Sequence record: NC_042056.1
DNA: 64,000 nt
Reading direction: 5' to 3' (one strand)
The stretch's first letter is position 1. Every line of letters begins with the position of its first letter. The notes under the pieces were generated by a model. That model was given only the letters and a program-made list of their open reading frames with translations. It was not told the DNA's origin and ran no database searches. A program made the translations under genes and the position numbers. Of this stretch, positions 18,371-27,309 are shown in pieces.

Positions 18371-19247
18371 TAAAGCTTACCCCGTCTTAAAGAACTTTGA
18401 ACGTGTCGATGCGTGGAACAACGATTCCGACATTTATCGTCACGGTAATGTCCATCAGCAGTCTCTGAAAATGTATCGCCATCTTGGTGAGCTGTGTGAG
18501 GGTGTCCAGAAAATGAAACAGCTGGACGTGGCCTCCGCAATGGGCAAGTTTGTGGTGGCATTGGTCGGCGTGGCGTCCTTTGCAGGGGTTGACGCAGAGG
18601 AGCTGGATGAGCTTTACAGCTACGCGGGCAGAAAAGCTACTCCGTGTACCCCAGCGCAAGCTGCGTGCAATCTGGTGCGTTCTACGACCTCTATGGTTAA
18701 CGATATCAACCAGTGGTTGTCTCCTGCTGGTACTCAGATGGCCAGAGCGATTGCAACGTCCTCTATCTGCGAAGTTTTCTGTTTACTGAAACAGAACGCA
18801 TCCCTCAATGCTATCGTGTTAGACCGCACCATTGAGAACGCCACGAACGTGCTCTGCGCGAAGAAAGGCAAGATGGATGAGTTCGGTTTGTTCCATGCAG
18901 AAGAAACCACCATTGCCACCTCCAGAACCGGTTTTGTCCATCGCGGTGTGGGCGAGTGGATTAAATTGGCCATCAATCGAGATTTGGAAGGTCGCTTCGC
19001 AGAGCTGACCTCGCAGTTGCAGTTCGAATCGAACAGCGGTGAAGTCAGGCTGCGGGTTGAGGAGTCGATGAACAGCCATCTTGAGTTTTCTTTGACCAAA
19101 CACGTTCGCATGAAGCCTACCGTTAAGCACCTTCTTAATGGTCTTACCCCGGCAGTCGTGGTGACGCAAGAAGGTAACCGTCTTGATGTTACGTCTAACA
19201 GCGATCTGCAAACGTTGTTCACTGAATTGGAAAAGGTAACCGAATAA
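18363..19247 (+). CDS. Degenerate MazG-like (all-alpha NTP-PPase fold) protein with extra C-terminal domain
   Basis: Gapless by-eye alignment with 22390-23223, but EEDGE reads RHLGE and DGIGD reads SAMGK. GGAG RBS supports ATG18363. Confidence 0.7.
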   Translation: MSDKAYPVLKNFERVDAWNNDSDIYRHGNVHQQSLKMYRHLGELCEGVQKMKQLDVASAMGKFVVALVGVASFAGVDAEELDELYSYAGRKATPCTPAQAACNLVRSTTSMVNDINQWLSPAGTQMARAIATSSICEVFCLLKQNASLNAIVLDRTIENATNVLCAKKGKMDEFGLFHAEETTIATSRTGFVHRGVGEWIKLAINRDLEGRFAELTSQLQFESNSGEVRLRVEESMNSHLEFSLTKHVRMKPTVKHLLNGLTPAVVVTQEGNRLDVTSNSDLQTLFTELEKVTE

Positions 19248-20308
19248 TGAAACAGTATTTGGAATTGATGCACACCGTGTTGAACGAAGGGCACGAGAAA
19301 GCTGACCGTACCGGCACGGGCACCATCTCTATTTTCGGGCATCAGATGCGTTTTGACCTGCGCAAAGGGTTCCCGCTGGTCACCACCAAAAAGCTGCATC
19401 TGCGCTCTATCATTCATGAGCTATTGTGGTTCCTGAACGGGGATACCAACATTCAGTATCTGAAGGATAACAACGTCAGTATCTGGAATGAATGGTCGGA
19501 TGAAAATGGCGACCTTGGCCCTGTGTACGGACACCAGTGGCGCGAATGGGCAGATGTCAAACTCGTCAGTCACTGGGACGAAGCGTCCAAGAAAGTGTTG
19601 TACGATCGTGGTTATCAGTTCAGCGGGGCTATCAATCGTGATGACCCATCTAAAACGCTGGCGGTGCTTACTAAGCGCTTTGACCAAATCCAAACGGTTA
19701 TTGACCAGTTGAGAAACGACCCGGACAACCGTCGCATCATTGTCAGTGCATGGAACGTGGGGGATTTGGACGACATGGCGCTAGCGCCGTGCCATTCCTT
19801 CTTCCAGTTCTACTCCCGCCCGATGATGGGCAAAGAGCTGGACGTGTATCTGGCGGAGTACCTTAAAACCGATGCGCGTTTGGCAGCGAAACACGCCGAA
19901 CAGGTTGCCCTTTGTGAAGCTGACCCGCAAGGGGATCACGTTAGCTCGCACATGTTCTGCCTGACCAACGATATACCGACGCGTGTACTGTCCTGTCAGC
20001 TTTACCAGCGCAGCGCAGACGTCTTCCTCGGCGTCCCGTTCAACATCGCATCTTACGCGCTGCTGGTTCACATGGTGGCACAACAAGTCAATATGGTGGC
20101 GGGTGATTTCGTCTGGACCGGTGGTGATACCCATCTGTACTCGAACCATCTGGAACAAGCCACGTTGCAGCTCTCCCGTGTGCCGCATGACCTGCCCAAG
20201 CTCGTCATCAAACGTAAGCCCGATTCTATCTTCGACTATAAGTTCGAAGATTTTGAAATCGTCGGTTATGAATCGCATCCAGCGATTAAGGCCCCGGTTG
20301 CTATTTAA
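19247..20308 (+). CDS. thyA: Thymidylate synthase
   Basis: [60 protein letters not shown]. coli-like, with two in-frame insertions. Confidence 0.97.
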   Translation: MKQYLELMHTVLNEGHEKADRTGTGTISIFGHQMRFDLRKGFPLVTTKKLHLRSIIHELLWFLNGDTNIQYLKDNNVSIWNEWSDENGDLGPVYGHQWREWADVKLVSHWDEASKKVLYDRGYQFSGAINRDDPSKTLAVLTKRFDQIQTVIDQLRNDPDNRRIIVSAWNVGDLDDMALAPCHSFFQFYSRPMMGKELDVYLAEYLKTDARLAAKHAEQVALCEADPQGDHVSSHMFCLTNDIPTRVLSCQLYQRSADVFLGVPFNIASYALLVHMVAQQVNMVAGDFVWTGGDTHLYSNHLEQATLQLSRVPHDLPKLVIKRKPDSIFDYKFEDFEIVGYESHPAIKAPVAI

Positions 20309-20317
20309 GGAGCGTGT

Positions 20318-20818
20318 ATGTCTGACAACATACTGAAGTTTCCCGGTAAGCCTAATCCTAACCCTATCACCGTGACGCCCTATGAACACCGCGCCCATTT
20401 CCCCATTCACAGCCGTGACGGGAAGGTGGGTTCGTTTACAGTACCGGTGGGTGATATGTATTGGTGGGCGGCGATTTACGAACAAGTGGCTGCGGCCAAT
20501 CCGTTTTTCGAGAACGTCTTTTACTTTTACTCCGAACCTTACGGCTGGCAAAATCAATCCTACACGAAACGTAAAACATCGTGTGAATTGACAATTGACC
20601 GCCGAACCCTGATAGAGATATTGAAAGTGGTGTCTTATACGCACATTCTGTCTCTTGACGGTTACCTGAACGATGACGATTACGAGATAGTCCATGACAA
20701 TGCCATGATGGTGTTGGCTGACGATTTGGAAATCGATTATGCGATGGGGATCTTCATGTCCCCGACAACGAACCCTGACCGGTTCATCATTAATTTCGTG
20801 GAATGCCATAATGACTGA
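20318..20818 (+). CDS. Hypothetical protein
   Basis: 166 aa, AAGGAG RBS. Confidence 0.78.
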   Translation: MSDNILKFPGKPNPNPITVTPYEHRAHFPIHSRDGKVGSFTVPVGDMYWWAAIYEQVAAANPFFENVFYFYSEPYGWQNQSYTKRKTSCELTIDRRTLIEILKVVSYTHILSLDGYLNDDDYEIVHDNAMMVLADDLEIDYAMGIFMSPTTNPDRFIINFVECHND

Positions 20819-21686
20819 CAAACTCAATAACCTGTATTTCTTCTCTGACCGTTTCTACACCATGCCGGGTGACAACTACTCCTTCGGTATCGTTGCAGCA
20901 AAAGACACGGCCGAAGCCAAGTTGATGCTGGGCACCGAACTGGTTGATGGTCTGCCGCTGGGCACCACTAACGCATCGGGTCAGATTCTGTGTGCGGAAG
21001 AAATCCGTCACATCGATCCGCGCGCTGACAGTGTCGCCAAGACCGTGACCGCTGAGCTGTGGAAACTGAACGACGGTGTGGATGTTTCCGAGCGCGTGAA
21101 GTATCTGCGTGAAACCATTTCGAAAATGCAGGGTATTGACTGTAGCGCACTGGAAGTTGACTTCACCCGCTGTCTGCGTATTCCTGGCGGCTGCACCAGC
21201 ACCGGCAGTGACCTGTGGCGCATCATGGTGAAGCACCCAGACTTCCCACAAACTGTACCGATCATGCTGTCCGCACACGGCGACGGTTCAATCACCGGTA
21301 ACGATGATGTGAACTTCACCAAACTCGGTGAAACCGAAGAGTACACCTACCACGAAAACGTGGATCGTGTGCTGACGCCTGAATGGCTCCTGCTGGACTT
21401 GTTGGAACAGCATGGCCTGACCCCAGAAGACTGGTACGTGATTGCCGGTACGGCGCGTGCAGCAGCCTATAGCGCTACCCCGGTAGACGGCTGGGAAGAA
21501 GTGAACGAAGTGTATGGTCAGAATGAAAGTGCGCACGTCATCCGTTTCTGGCTGAACCCAGACTGGCAGAACCTGATTGTGGCGGCTGTGGCGAAAGTGG
21601 TTGAGTCCATGCCAAAAGAGCCGCTGCCAGAAAACCTCGCCGACGAACTGGCGGGTTCCGAATCTGCGGACGAAGCCGCAGAGTAA
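20811..21686 (+). CDS. Hypothetical protein
   Basis: ATG20811 overlaps the previous stop; 291 aa, acidic tail. Confidence 0.78.
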   Translation: MTDKLNNLYFFSDRFYTMPGDNYSFGIVAAKDTAEAKLMLGTELVDGLPLGTTNASGQILCAEEIRHIDPRADSVAKTVTAELWKLNDGVDVSERVKYLRETISKMQGIDCSALEVDFTRCLRIPGGCTSTGSDLWRIMVKHPDFPQTVPIMLSAHGDGSITGNDDVNFTKLGETEEYTYHENVDRVLTPEWLLLDLLEQHGLTPEDWYVIAGTARAAAYSATPVDGWEEVNEVYGQNESAHVIRFWLNPDWQNLIVAAVAKVVESMPKEPLPENLADELAGSESADEAAE

Positions 21687-21708
21687 CTTAACTGAAAAGG
21701 TGAATAAA

Positions 21709-22161
21709 GTGTCTACGACTCTAATCAATTACGATTTAGTAGTGCAAGAACTTTCCAAGGGGTTGGTTGCCCTCGACAGCGAAACGGCGTTGCGTTGCAA
21801 TATGCTTCCCCATATCGCGCTCAGTGAGTTCCGCACCATTCGTTATGGTGCCGGACGCCAGAACGGGGTAACCGAACATGCTTCAAAATTAGCTGCGGAG
21901 CATAATGGCCCAGCACTGGTTCTTACGCATGCGGTGTCGTTACGGGACGATTTCATGTTTCGTGTCGAAGGTAACTTTCCGGGTAAGGGCAACATCACTT
22001 CGTTATGTGGGTACTTCCCCGACAATTGGCGAGTTGAGAAGTTCAGTCTCGTTATTGTTGATGAAGCCGGTTTCTTCTTTAAGAAATTTGGCTACGATAA
22101 AATCTATCGCAGTCTGGCAACACAAACGACTGACGATGTTGTGATTCACCTGATTAACTGA
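21709..22161 (+). CDS. Small degenerate P-loop-like protein
   Basis: GAGRQNGVT (Walker A-like, lacking Lys) and LVIVDEA (Walker B); AAGGTG RBS supports GTG21709. Confidence 0.6.
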   Translation: MSTTLINYDLVVQELSKGLVALDSETALRCNMLPHIALSEFRTIRYGAGRQNGVTEHASKLAAEHNGPALVLTHAVSLRDDFMFRVEGNFPGKGNITSLCGYFPDNWRVEKFSLVIVDEAGFFFKKFGYDKIYRSLATQTTDDVVIHLIN

Positions 22162-22169
22162 GGTTTGTA

Positions 22170-22334
22170 ATGTCCCAAGTAGAAAAAGAAGTCATCGCAC
22201 AAGCAGATACCACCACACTGGACGATTTGTTCGGGGGTGATATTCCGGGCGTGGATGAGAATGCAGTAGTTGAAGGTGGTGTTGATGCGGCCGCTGAAGA
22301 CGACAACTGCGCAGGCGGTGCCTGCAAAATTTAA
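22170..22334 (+). CDS. 54-aa acidic peptide ending in an NrdA-like redox tail (CAGGACKI)
   Basis: Translated by hand: MSQVEKEVIAQADTTTLDDLFGGDIPGVDENAVVEGGVDAAAEDDNCAGGACKI*. GAGG RBS at 22160-22163 and its own downstream hairpin; fills the gap between two genes. Confidence 0.85.
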   Translation: MSQVEKEVIAQADTTTLDDLFGGDIPGVDENAVVEGGVDAAAEDDNCAGGACKI

Positions 22335-22341
22335 CAAGAGC

Positions 22342-22375
22342 GGGTGTCCTTATGGACACCCCTATTTCATTTTTT
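22342..22375 (+). terminator. Probable intrinsic terminator
   Basis: GGGTGTCC-TTAT-GGACACCC then CTATTTCATTTTTT. Confidence 0.7.
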
Positions 22376-22389
22376 AAGGACTATCAGAA

Positions 22390-23223
22390 ATGCAACAGAC
22401 TTTTGAGTTACCGATTGAACACAAAGCCATCATCCTGAATAGCGCTATCTTAGATTTCGTCATGCCTCAGTTGGCGGCTGCCGGTAAACGGATGTCTCGC
22501 ATTACGCGTCTGGCACTCAGCAGTGAAGGCCCACAGACGCTGGTTAACGGTTTTACCTTTGAAGGTGAACCGGCAGAATTCCACGCGATGTTGCGTTATC
22601 ACACCGCGCTCGACTTCCACAAAGAGCCGGTCTACCATAACCGCATCGTCCCGCTGTACCGTGTGTCACAATGTGTGGCCAAAGTCATTGGCTGGTCAAC
22701 TGACCGCGGTATTCTGGAAAACGGCCGTTGGGACTCACAGGGTACGAAGCTGTATGAAGAAGACGGTGAAGCCGCAACTGGCGTGGGTAAAAACAAAAAG
22801 CGTCTGATCATCGACGGTATCGGTGATGCGCTGGTTGTACTCGTTAACGTACTGGAACTGACCAGTATTGATGCCGCAGAAATTGCGCACATTTATCAGC
22901 TGGTACGTGACACCAAAACCGTGGTGGATAACCCGCACTACCATTTCCACAAAATGCGTAAGAACCTGACCGAAGTGGTCGATGTGGTTTATGAATGTGA
23001 AGCCATCGATTCACCGAAGAAAGTGGAAATCGGTCGCTTAACGCACGATGAGCGTCAGCAGATGTTGGGTCATGCGCAGCAGGCAATCCATCATGCCAAC
23101 CAACTGGCACGCCATTACGATTACTCGCTGGATGAGTGCTTCTCTCTGGCGTGGGATGAAATCAAAGACCGTAAAGGTTTCCTGAACGCTGACGGTGTGT
23201 TCATCAAAGAAGCCGACGCTTAA
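22390..23223 (+). CDS. mazG: MazG-like nucleotide pyrophosphohydrolase
   Basis: W.TDRG, Q.TKLYEEDGE, IIDGIGDALVVL, LDECFSLAWDEIKDRKG..GVFIKE; acidic motif intact; ~90-aa N-terminal extension. Confidence 0.85.
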   Translation: MQQTFELPIEHKAIILNSAILDFVMPQLAAAGKRMSRITRLALSSEGPQTLVNGFTFEGEPAEFHAMLRYHTALDFHKEPVYHNRIVPLYRVSQCVAKVIGWSTDRGILENGRWDSQGTKLYEEDGEAATGVGKNKKRLIIDGIGDALVVLVNVLELTSIDAAEIAHIYQLVRDTKTVVDNPHYHFHKMRKNLTEVVDVVYECEAIDSPKKVEIGRLTHDERQQMLGHAQQAIHHANQLARHYDYSLDECFSLAWDEIKDRKGFLNADGVFIKEADA

Positions 23224-23255
23224 TTCACGTCCACTAACAATGCAGGAGTAGGACA

Positions 23256-24110
23256 ATGGAATACCAATTATTTCTCATCACGAACGACTTTACCAAATCC
23301 TTTGTGGACGAGTCGTTTCATGCCACGGTAGTTGCGCCGACAGAGGCCGCTGCTCGTTGGATTGTTGCCCAGCAATGTACTGACCTTCCGATGAATGAAG
23401 TGCAGGCTGCGGTAGCTTTTGCAGTGGGTAAGATTGACGCCCCTGCCGAGGGAATAATTTCTTTTGAGTTCGGGAAACGTAATCGCTTCCCACTCGTTAA
23501 CCTCGACGCCTACAAGCGCCGTGAAGAGTTCGTTGAAGTTGAGCTACACGGCGGGATACAACCGACGCACGATATTCATCCGCCGGTGCCGGGTGCGGTG
23601 GTCAAATGTTTCGCGAGCAAAGAGCATCCGCGAATCGTGTTGATCCGCAGCACACTCAAAACCAGCACGCCGACCCTCATTGAAGAAGTGGGTGTGACGA
23701 ACGAAGCCACATCGGTTCAGCTTTACACTGTTCATTCGCCGTCGGCGTATGCCGAGGTGGCAAAAGGTGAAGTCTTCACCACTGAGTACATCAATCTGTT
23801 TGGTTGTGAAGATGTCCTGCTGTTCCGCACGCTCATCATTCGCAACACCGAGCTGGCGTATCAGGACAAGCGCACGGAAGGGTTATTGCAGGAACTGCAA
23901 TCATTCTTCACCGAAGGGGGCGATCGTAACAGCATGGATGTGGGTATCAGCTACTATCCGGGCCAGAAGTTGACCATTGCTGATCCCACCAAGGTGGTGC
24001 TGTGGGTCATGTCGTTACCGCAGGTCATCACCCTCGACCGGACGATTACGGAAGAGAGCCTCAAGCCGATTGCAGGCACTAACTGCCACACCCTGAACGC
24101 GGGAGAGTAA
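23256..24110 (+). CDS. Hypothetical protein
   Basis: 284 aa, AGGA RBS. Confidence 0.78.
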   Translation: MEYQLFLITNDFTKSFVDESFHATVVAPTEAAARWIVAQQCTDLPMNEVQAAVAFAVGKIDAPAEGIISFEFGKRNRFPLVNLDAYKRREEFVEVELHGGIQPTHDIHPPVPGAVVKCFASKEHPRIVLIRSTLKTSTPTLIEEVGVTNEATSVQLYTVHSPSAYAEVAKGEVFTTEYINLFGCEDVLLFRTLIIRNTELAYQDKRTEGLLQELQSFFTEGGDRNSMDVGISYYPGQKLTIADPTKVVLWVMSLPQVITLDRTITEESLKPIAGTNCHTLNAGE

Positions 24111-24111
24111 T

Positions 24112-24612
24112 ATGTTTGATGTGGACGTCGTCCCCCAAGGGGACGAGTTCGCAGTACAGATAAACGGCGTCACCATCTGTGTCTGCGACGAACAACGGGC
24201 TAACTTCTGGCGTTGCTGTACGGGCGCAGATAAAGTCTTCGTCAGCTGTGACGTCGGTGTGTCGTTTGGTGAAGAACCACTGCGGTTGTGTAAGTTCCGT
24301 ATCACTGAAACGGAAATGCGCACGTTCCTCGGACAGGTAGTCTACACCTACGACCATCTCGACCATGAGAACCGTGTGGGTTGGGTAGAAATTGACCCGA
24401 CTATCATGCGGACGTTACGTCAGGACGCTGAGGAGATTGTTGAGTCACAAAGCATGTGGCTTGATGAGGATGACGTGTACCCGAAAGGGGTACCGTTTAT
24501 CCTTATCCATCCCGAACGCAACAGCCGTACTGGGGAAGCCTTTATTGAGCTGATGTTTATCGAAATGCCGGAGAACGATGATGTCGAAGAAAAAGAACCA
24601 GCTGACTTTTAA
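24112..24612 (+). CDS. Hypothetical acidic protein
   Basis: 166 aa, GGAG RBS. Confidence 0.75.
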   Translation: MFDVDVVPQGDEFAVQINGVTICVCDEQRANFWRCCTGADKVFVSCDVGVSFGEEPLRLCKFRITETEMRTFLGQVVYTYDHLDHENRVGWVEIDPTIMRTLRQDAEEIVESQSMWLDEDDVYPKGVPFILIHPERNSRTGEAFIELMFIEMPENDDVEEKEPADF

Positions 24613-25024
24613 TGCTGATAGTCAGACCATCAGCGTAAACGGAAAGAACTGGGGTAACCTCGGATTGGCAGCATGGGTGCTGGAACGTCTGGCGAACCGC
24701 TCTACCCGTTTCGGGGGTCTCGACTTTGTCATCATCGACGAACCGCTCAAGTACGAACCGTGGCAGAATTTTCATGCCGTCGAAATGTACAGTGCGATTC
24801 CGAACATGGTAATCTCAAAGGTGCTGGCAGAACAGAACTACCGTGGTGGTTTTACCAACCCGCATTGGGCACTGACCTCGAGTCAGAAGTACGGCATTGA
24901 AGTGCCGTTGCTGAACAAAGTCCCACCGGACATTGGTGAAGATGCATTGGTGTTCTTCTTCTCCTACGACCACGCTGAACCAAACAGCGAGTTCCAGTGG
25001 ACGATGCTACATCAGATGCGTTAA
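24581..25024 (+). CDS. Hypothetical protein
   Basis: GGAGA RBS; start 24578 or 24581; overlaps the previous gene's end. Confidence 0.7.
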   Translation: MSKKKNQLTFNADSQTISVNGKNWGNLGLAAWVLERLANRSTRFGGLDFVIIDEPLKYEPWQNFHAVEMYSAIPNMVISKVLAEQNYRGGFTNPHWALTSSQKYGIEVPLLNKVPPDIGEDALVFFFSYDHAEPNSEFQWTMLHQMR

Positions 25025-25072
25025 ATAAAAAGACTACCTACTCCCGAAGGAGTAGGTAGCTTTATTTTTTTT
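25025..25072. terminator. Bidirectional intrinsic terminator
   Basis: CTACCTACTCC-CGAA-GGAGTAGGTAG (25034-25059), same stem as 8546-8571, flanked by A and T tracts. Confidence 0.9.
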
Positions 25073-25074
25073 GC

Positions 25075-27264
25075 TTACAGGTCACCACGCGCCGTACCGG
25101 TGAACGCCGTGAAGACGTTGGCCACCATACGGGCAGGAGGGAGGTCGAAGAACTTGTTCATAATCGCACCCTGCGAGAAGGCAGATTTCCATGACTGGAA
25201 CTGCACGTTCGCATTCTGCGTGGCTTTCGCCCAACCACTGGTACGTTGGTGTAAGGTTGCGGAACCCAGCACCGCCATGAAGTCGGAGAACTTGTTATCG
25301 TCATCCCACACGCCGGTATCGGTTACGATAGGCATGTACATGGTGCGCGACATGTCACGGATGGTCACGTTGATGTCACAAGACAGTGGCACACCGTCAG
25401 TACGCCAGCCCAGACCACCGACACCGAAGTTCAGACTCACGTTCGTCACCATGGCGTTACGCATCGAGTAGCGACCTCGAGAGTAGGCTTCCAGATAGAA
25501 CGGGTGTGTGAACGACTGCTTACCGGTGGCTAACGGGCAGACTGCGGCTAACCAGAAGGCCACGGGGAGAATCAGGTCTTGGAAGACGTCTAAGTCCCCG
25601 CCCGACCAACAGCGACACGGAATGGTAAAGGAGATGTCATCACCGGACGTGTCTGATGAATCCCACACTTCAGGGAAGTCAATCACCGACGAGTTATAGA
25701 GTGACATAATCCCCGACAGGTGGAGGAAGTCCAACGCCCCTGCAAAGGCTGACTTCAATCCGGTGATTAAACCGTCCACACCGTCAATACCGGTTTTCCC
25801 GCCTGCCAGACTCACTTCCAGCGAACGGGCCTTTTGGGTGGCAGAGTTGACCGTACCGGAAATCTCTGGCTCTTTGGTGGAGTTGCTGAACGTGCGGGTC
25901 GTGGTGTCACGTCCGTTAATCTTCCAAGTTACCCACTGTGAACCGTTACTGAGTTCGTCCCCAGCCTGTTGCACAATCCCGTCGGTAATCTTCGAGAACT
26001 CCCCGAACATGGTACCGAAGGTACTCTTCTCCCCTTCGCGCATCCAGTTCTCAATTTTACCGGTGTCTTTTGCCAACGCTTCGCCATTGTCGTCCGCCCC
26101 ATTGTTGTTCGCCATGGTTTGGGCTTGGAGTTGCTGTTGGGCAACGTCTGCCGATTTTAAGAACTGCTGCTCACCACCACCGGCGTTATCCGCGTCTGCA
26201 AACTTCGCGGTCATGTTATCCAACACTTGGTCTTCATTCATGTCCGGGTTCTCAACACCTTTATAACCGGCACTGGTACGTGCAAGTTGTTCAAGGGTTG
26301 ACAGCGAGACTTCAAACGAAGCAGCCTTGTCCAGATACTGGCGACTGTACGTCATGGTCTTGTAGAACGACTGAATCTTCGTGGCCATCTCTGCTTCGGT
26401 TTTGGAGGTGGCTTTGATTTCTTCAATCGTCTTCGCTTGGAAGTTTGCAAGCGTCTGGTAACGGTTAATCATTCGATAGATGTCGAACTCCCCGTTAGAC
26501 TTCCAGATATCCGGCAGGCCCGCGTAGATGTCTTCCTTGTTCGCGGTGAAGTTTTTGTTTTTGTCCTCATCGTTCTTGGCAAGCCCGAATGAGGAGAGTA
26601 TCCCCGTTGGCACCAGACGACGATAAAGCAACTGCGTGTTGACGATGTTCTGCACAGCACGTAAGTACAGGTGCATGGTCGGCTTCACGTAGTAATACTT
26701 CGAAGACTGTTTATCGAGGACGGCTTTCATGATTCGTGGGGTAATCAGGATAAGCGCGAACGCGACCGTACCCACGGTGGCCCAGATAGCAGCCGCAGCG
26801 GTGTACGAGGCCAGTGAACGAATGACACCCGGATAGTCACCCGTACGGGCGAGATACGCGAGCTTCGAGTCGTACATGTTGGCAAAGAAGGCAGCAACAC
26901 CGAGATAGCGTGGCTTACCAAAACGACAGTGCAGATAGAAGGCGTTCTGCTCAATGGATTCGTAATAGTACGCACCTAAGCGATACGACCCTTGGGCGGA
27001 GAACGACTCAAACCACCGGCGGTTACTCTGCGGGCCGGGGGCTTCTTTGGGTACCGCTAACGCCCCGGTAATCGGAGGGTCAGCAAAGAACGTAAATTGG
27101 GGTGGTGCATTTAACGCGGCGTTACCGCCCACTGTGGTGTCACTGAATGACAGCAGAGCATCGGAGTACGTGCGTGTGTTGTAGAAACGGGTATCCCGTG
27201 GCAACTTCATACTGCCAAACAATCCGTTCACCCACGTTGTGTCGTTGAGCGATCGTGTATCCAC
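25075..27264 (-). CDS. Tail/baseplate structural protein (phiKZ gp182-like by position)
   Basis: 729 aa directly downstream of the tape measure; C-terminal beta-rich tube-initiator-like domain (ISFTIPCR…AMVTNVSLNFG…PLSCDINVTIRD). Confidence 0.68.
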   Translation of the reverse strand: MDTRSLNDTTWVNGLFGSMKLPRDTRFYNTRTYSDALLSFSDTTVGGNAALNAPPQFTFFADPPITGALAVPKEAPGPQSNRRWFESFSAQGSYRLGAYYYESIEQNAFYLHCRFGKPRYLGVAAFFANMYDSKLAYLARTGDYPGVIRSLASYTAAAAIWATVGTVAFALILITPRIMKAVLDKQSSKYYYVKPTMHLYLRAVQNIVNTQLLYRRLVPTGILSSFGLAKNDEDKNKNFTANKEDIYAGLPDIWKSNGEFDIYRMINRYQTLANFQAKTIEEIKATSKTEAEMATKIQSFYKTMTYSRQYLDKAASFEVSLSTLEQLARTSAGYKGVENPDMNEDQVLDNMTAKFADADNAGGGEQQFLKSADVAQQQLQAQTMANNNGADDNGEALAKDTGKIENWMREGEKSTFGTMFGEFSKITDGIVQQAGDELSNGSQWVTWKINGRDTTTRTFSNSTKEPEISGTVNSATQKARSLEVSLAGGKTGIDGVDGLITGLKSAFAGALDFLHLSGIMSLYNSSVIDFPEVWDSSDTSGDDISFTIPCRCWSGGDLDVFQDLILPVAFWLAAVCPLATGKQSFTHPFYLEAYSRGRYSMRNAMVTNVSLNFGVGGLGWRTDGVPLSCDINVTIRDMSRTMYMPIVTDTGVWDDDNKFSDFMAVLGSATLHQRTSGWAKATQNANVQFQSWKSAFSQGAIMNKFFDLPPARMVANVFTAFTGTARGDL

Positions 27265-27285
27265 GTTAACCTCACTTATGGAAAT

Positions 27286-27305
27286 GGGGGAGGTTTCCCT
27301 CCCCC
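27286..27305 (-). other. Intercistronic GAAA-loop hairpin
   Basis: On the minus strand GGGGGAGG-GAAA-CCTCCCCC, between the tape measure stop and the next RBS. Confidence 0.6.
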
Positions 27306-27309
27306 GTTG

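Noticed and set aside
19247-20308. Intron or intein in thyA
   Set aside because: Frame is continuous; the insertions are short and lack intein termini (C/S…HN) and endonuclease motifs.
19781-20827. 348-aa minus-strand ORF opposite thyA; similar shadows at 4226-4879, 40958-41698, 54950-55744 and 56588-57295
   Set aside because: Antisense to well-supported genes, with composition typical of shadow frames.
21709-22334. NrdA-tail peptide as a remnant of a decayed nrdA pseudogene
   Set aside because: Upstream DNA encodes an unrelated intact ORF; the peptide has its own RBS, start codon and hairpin; no other RNR motif was seen nearby.
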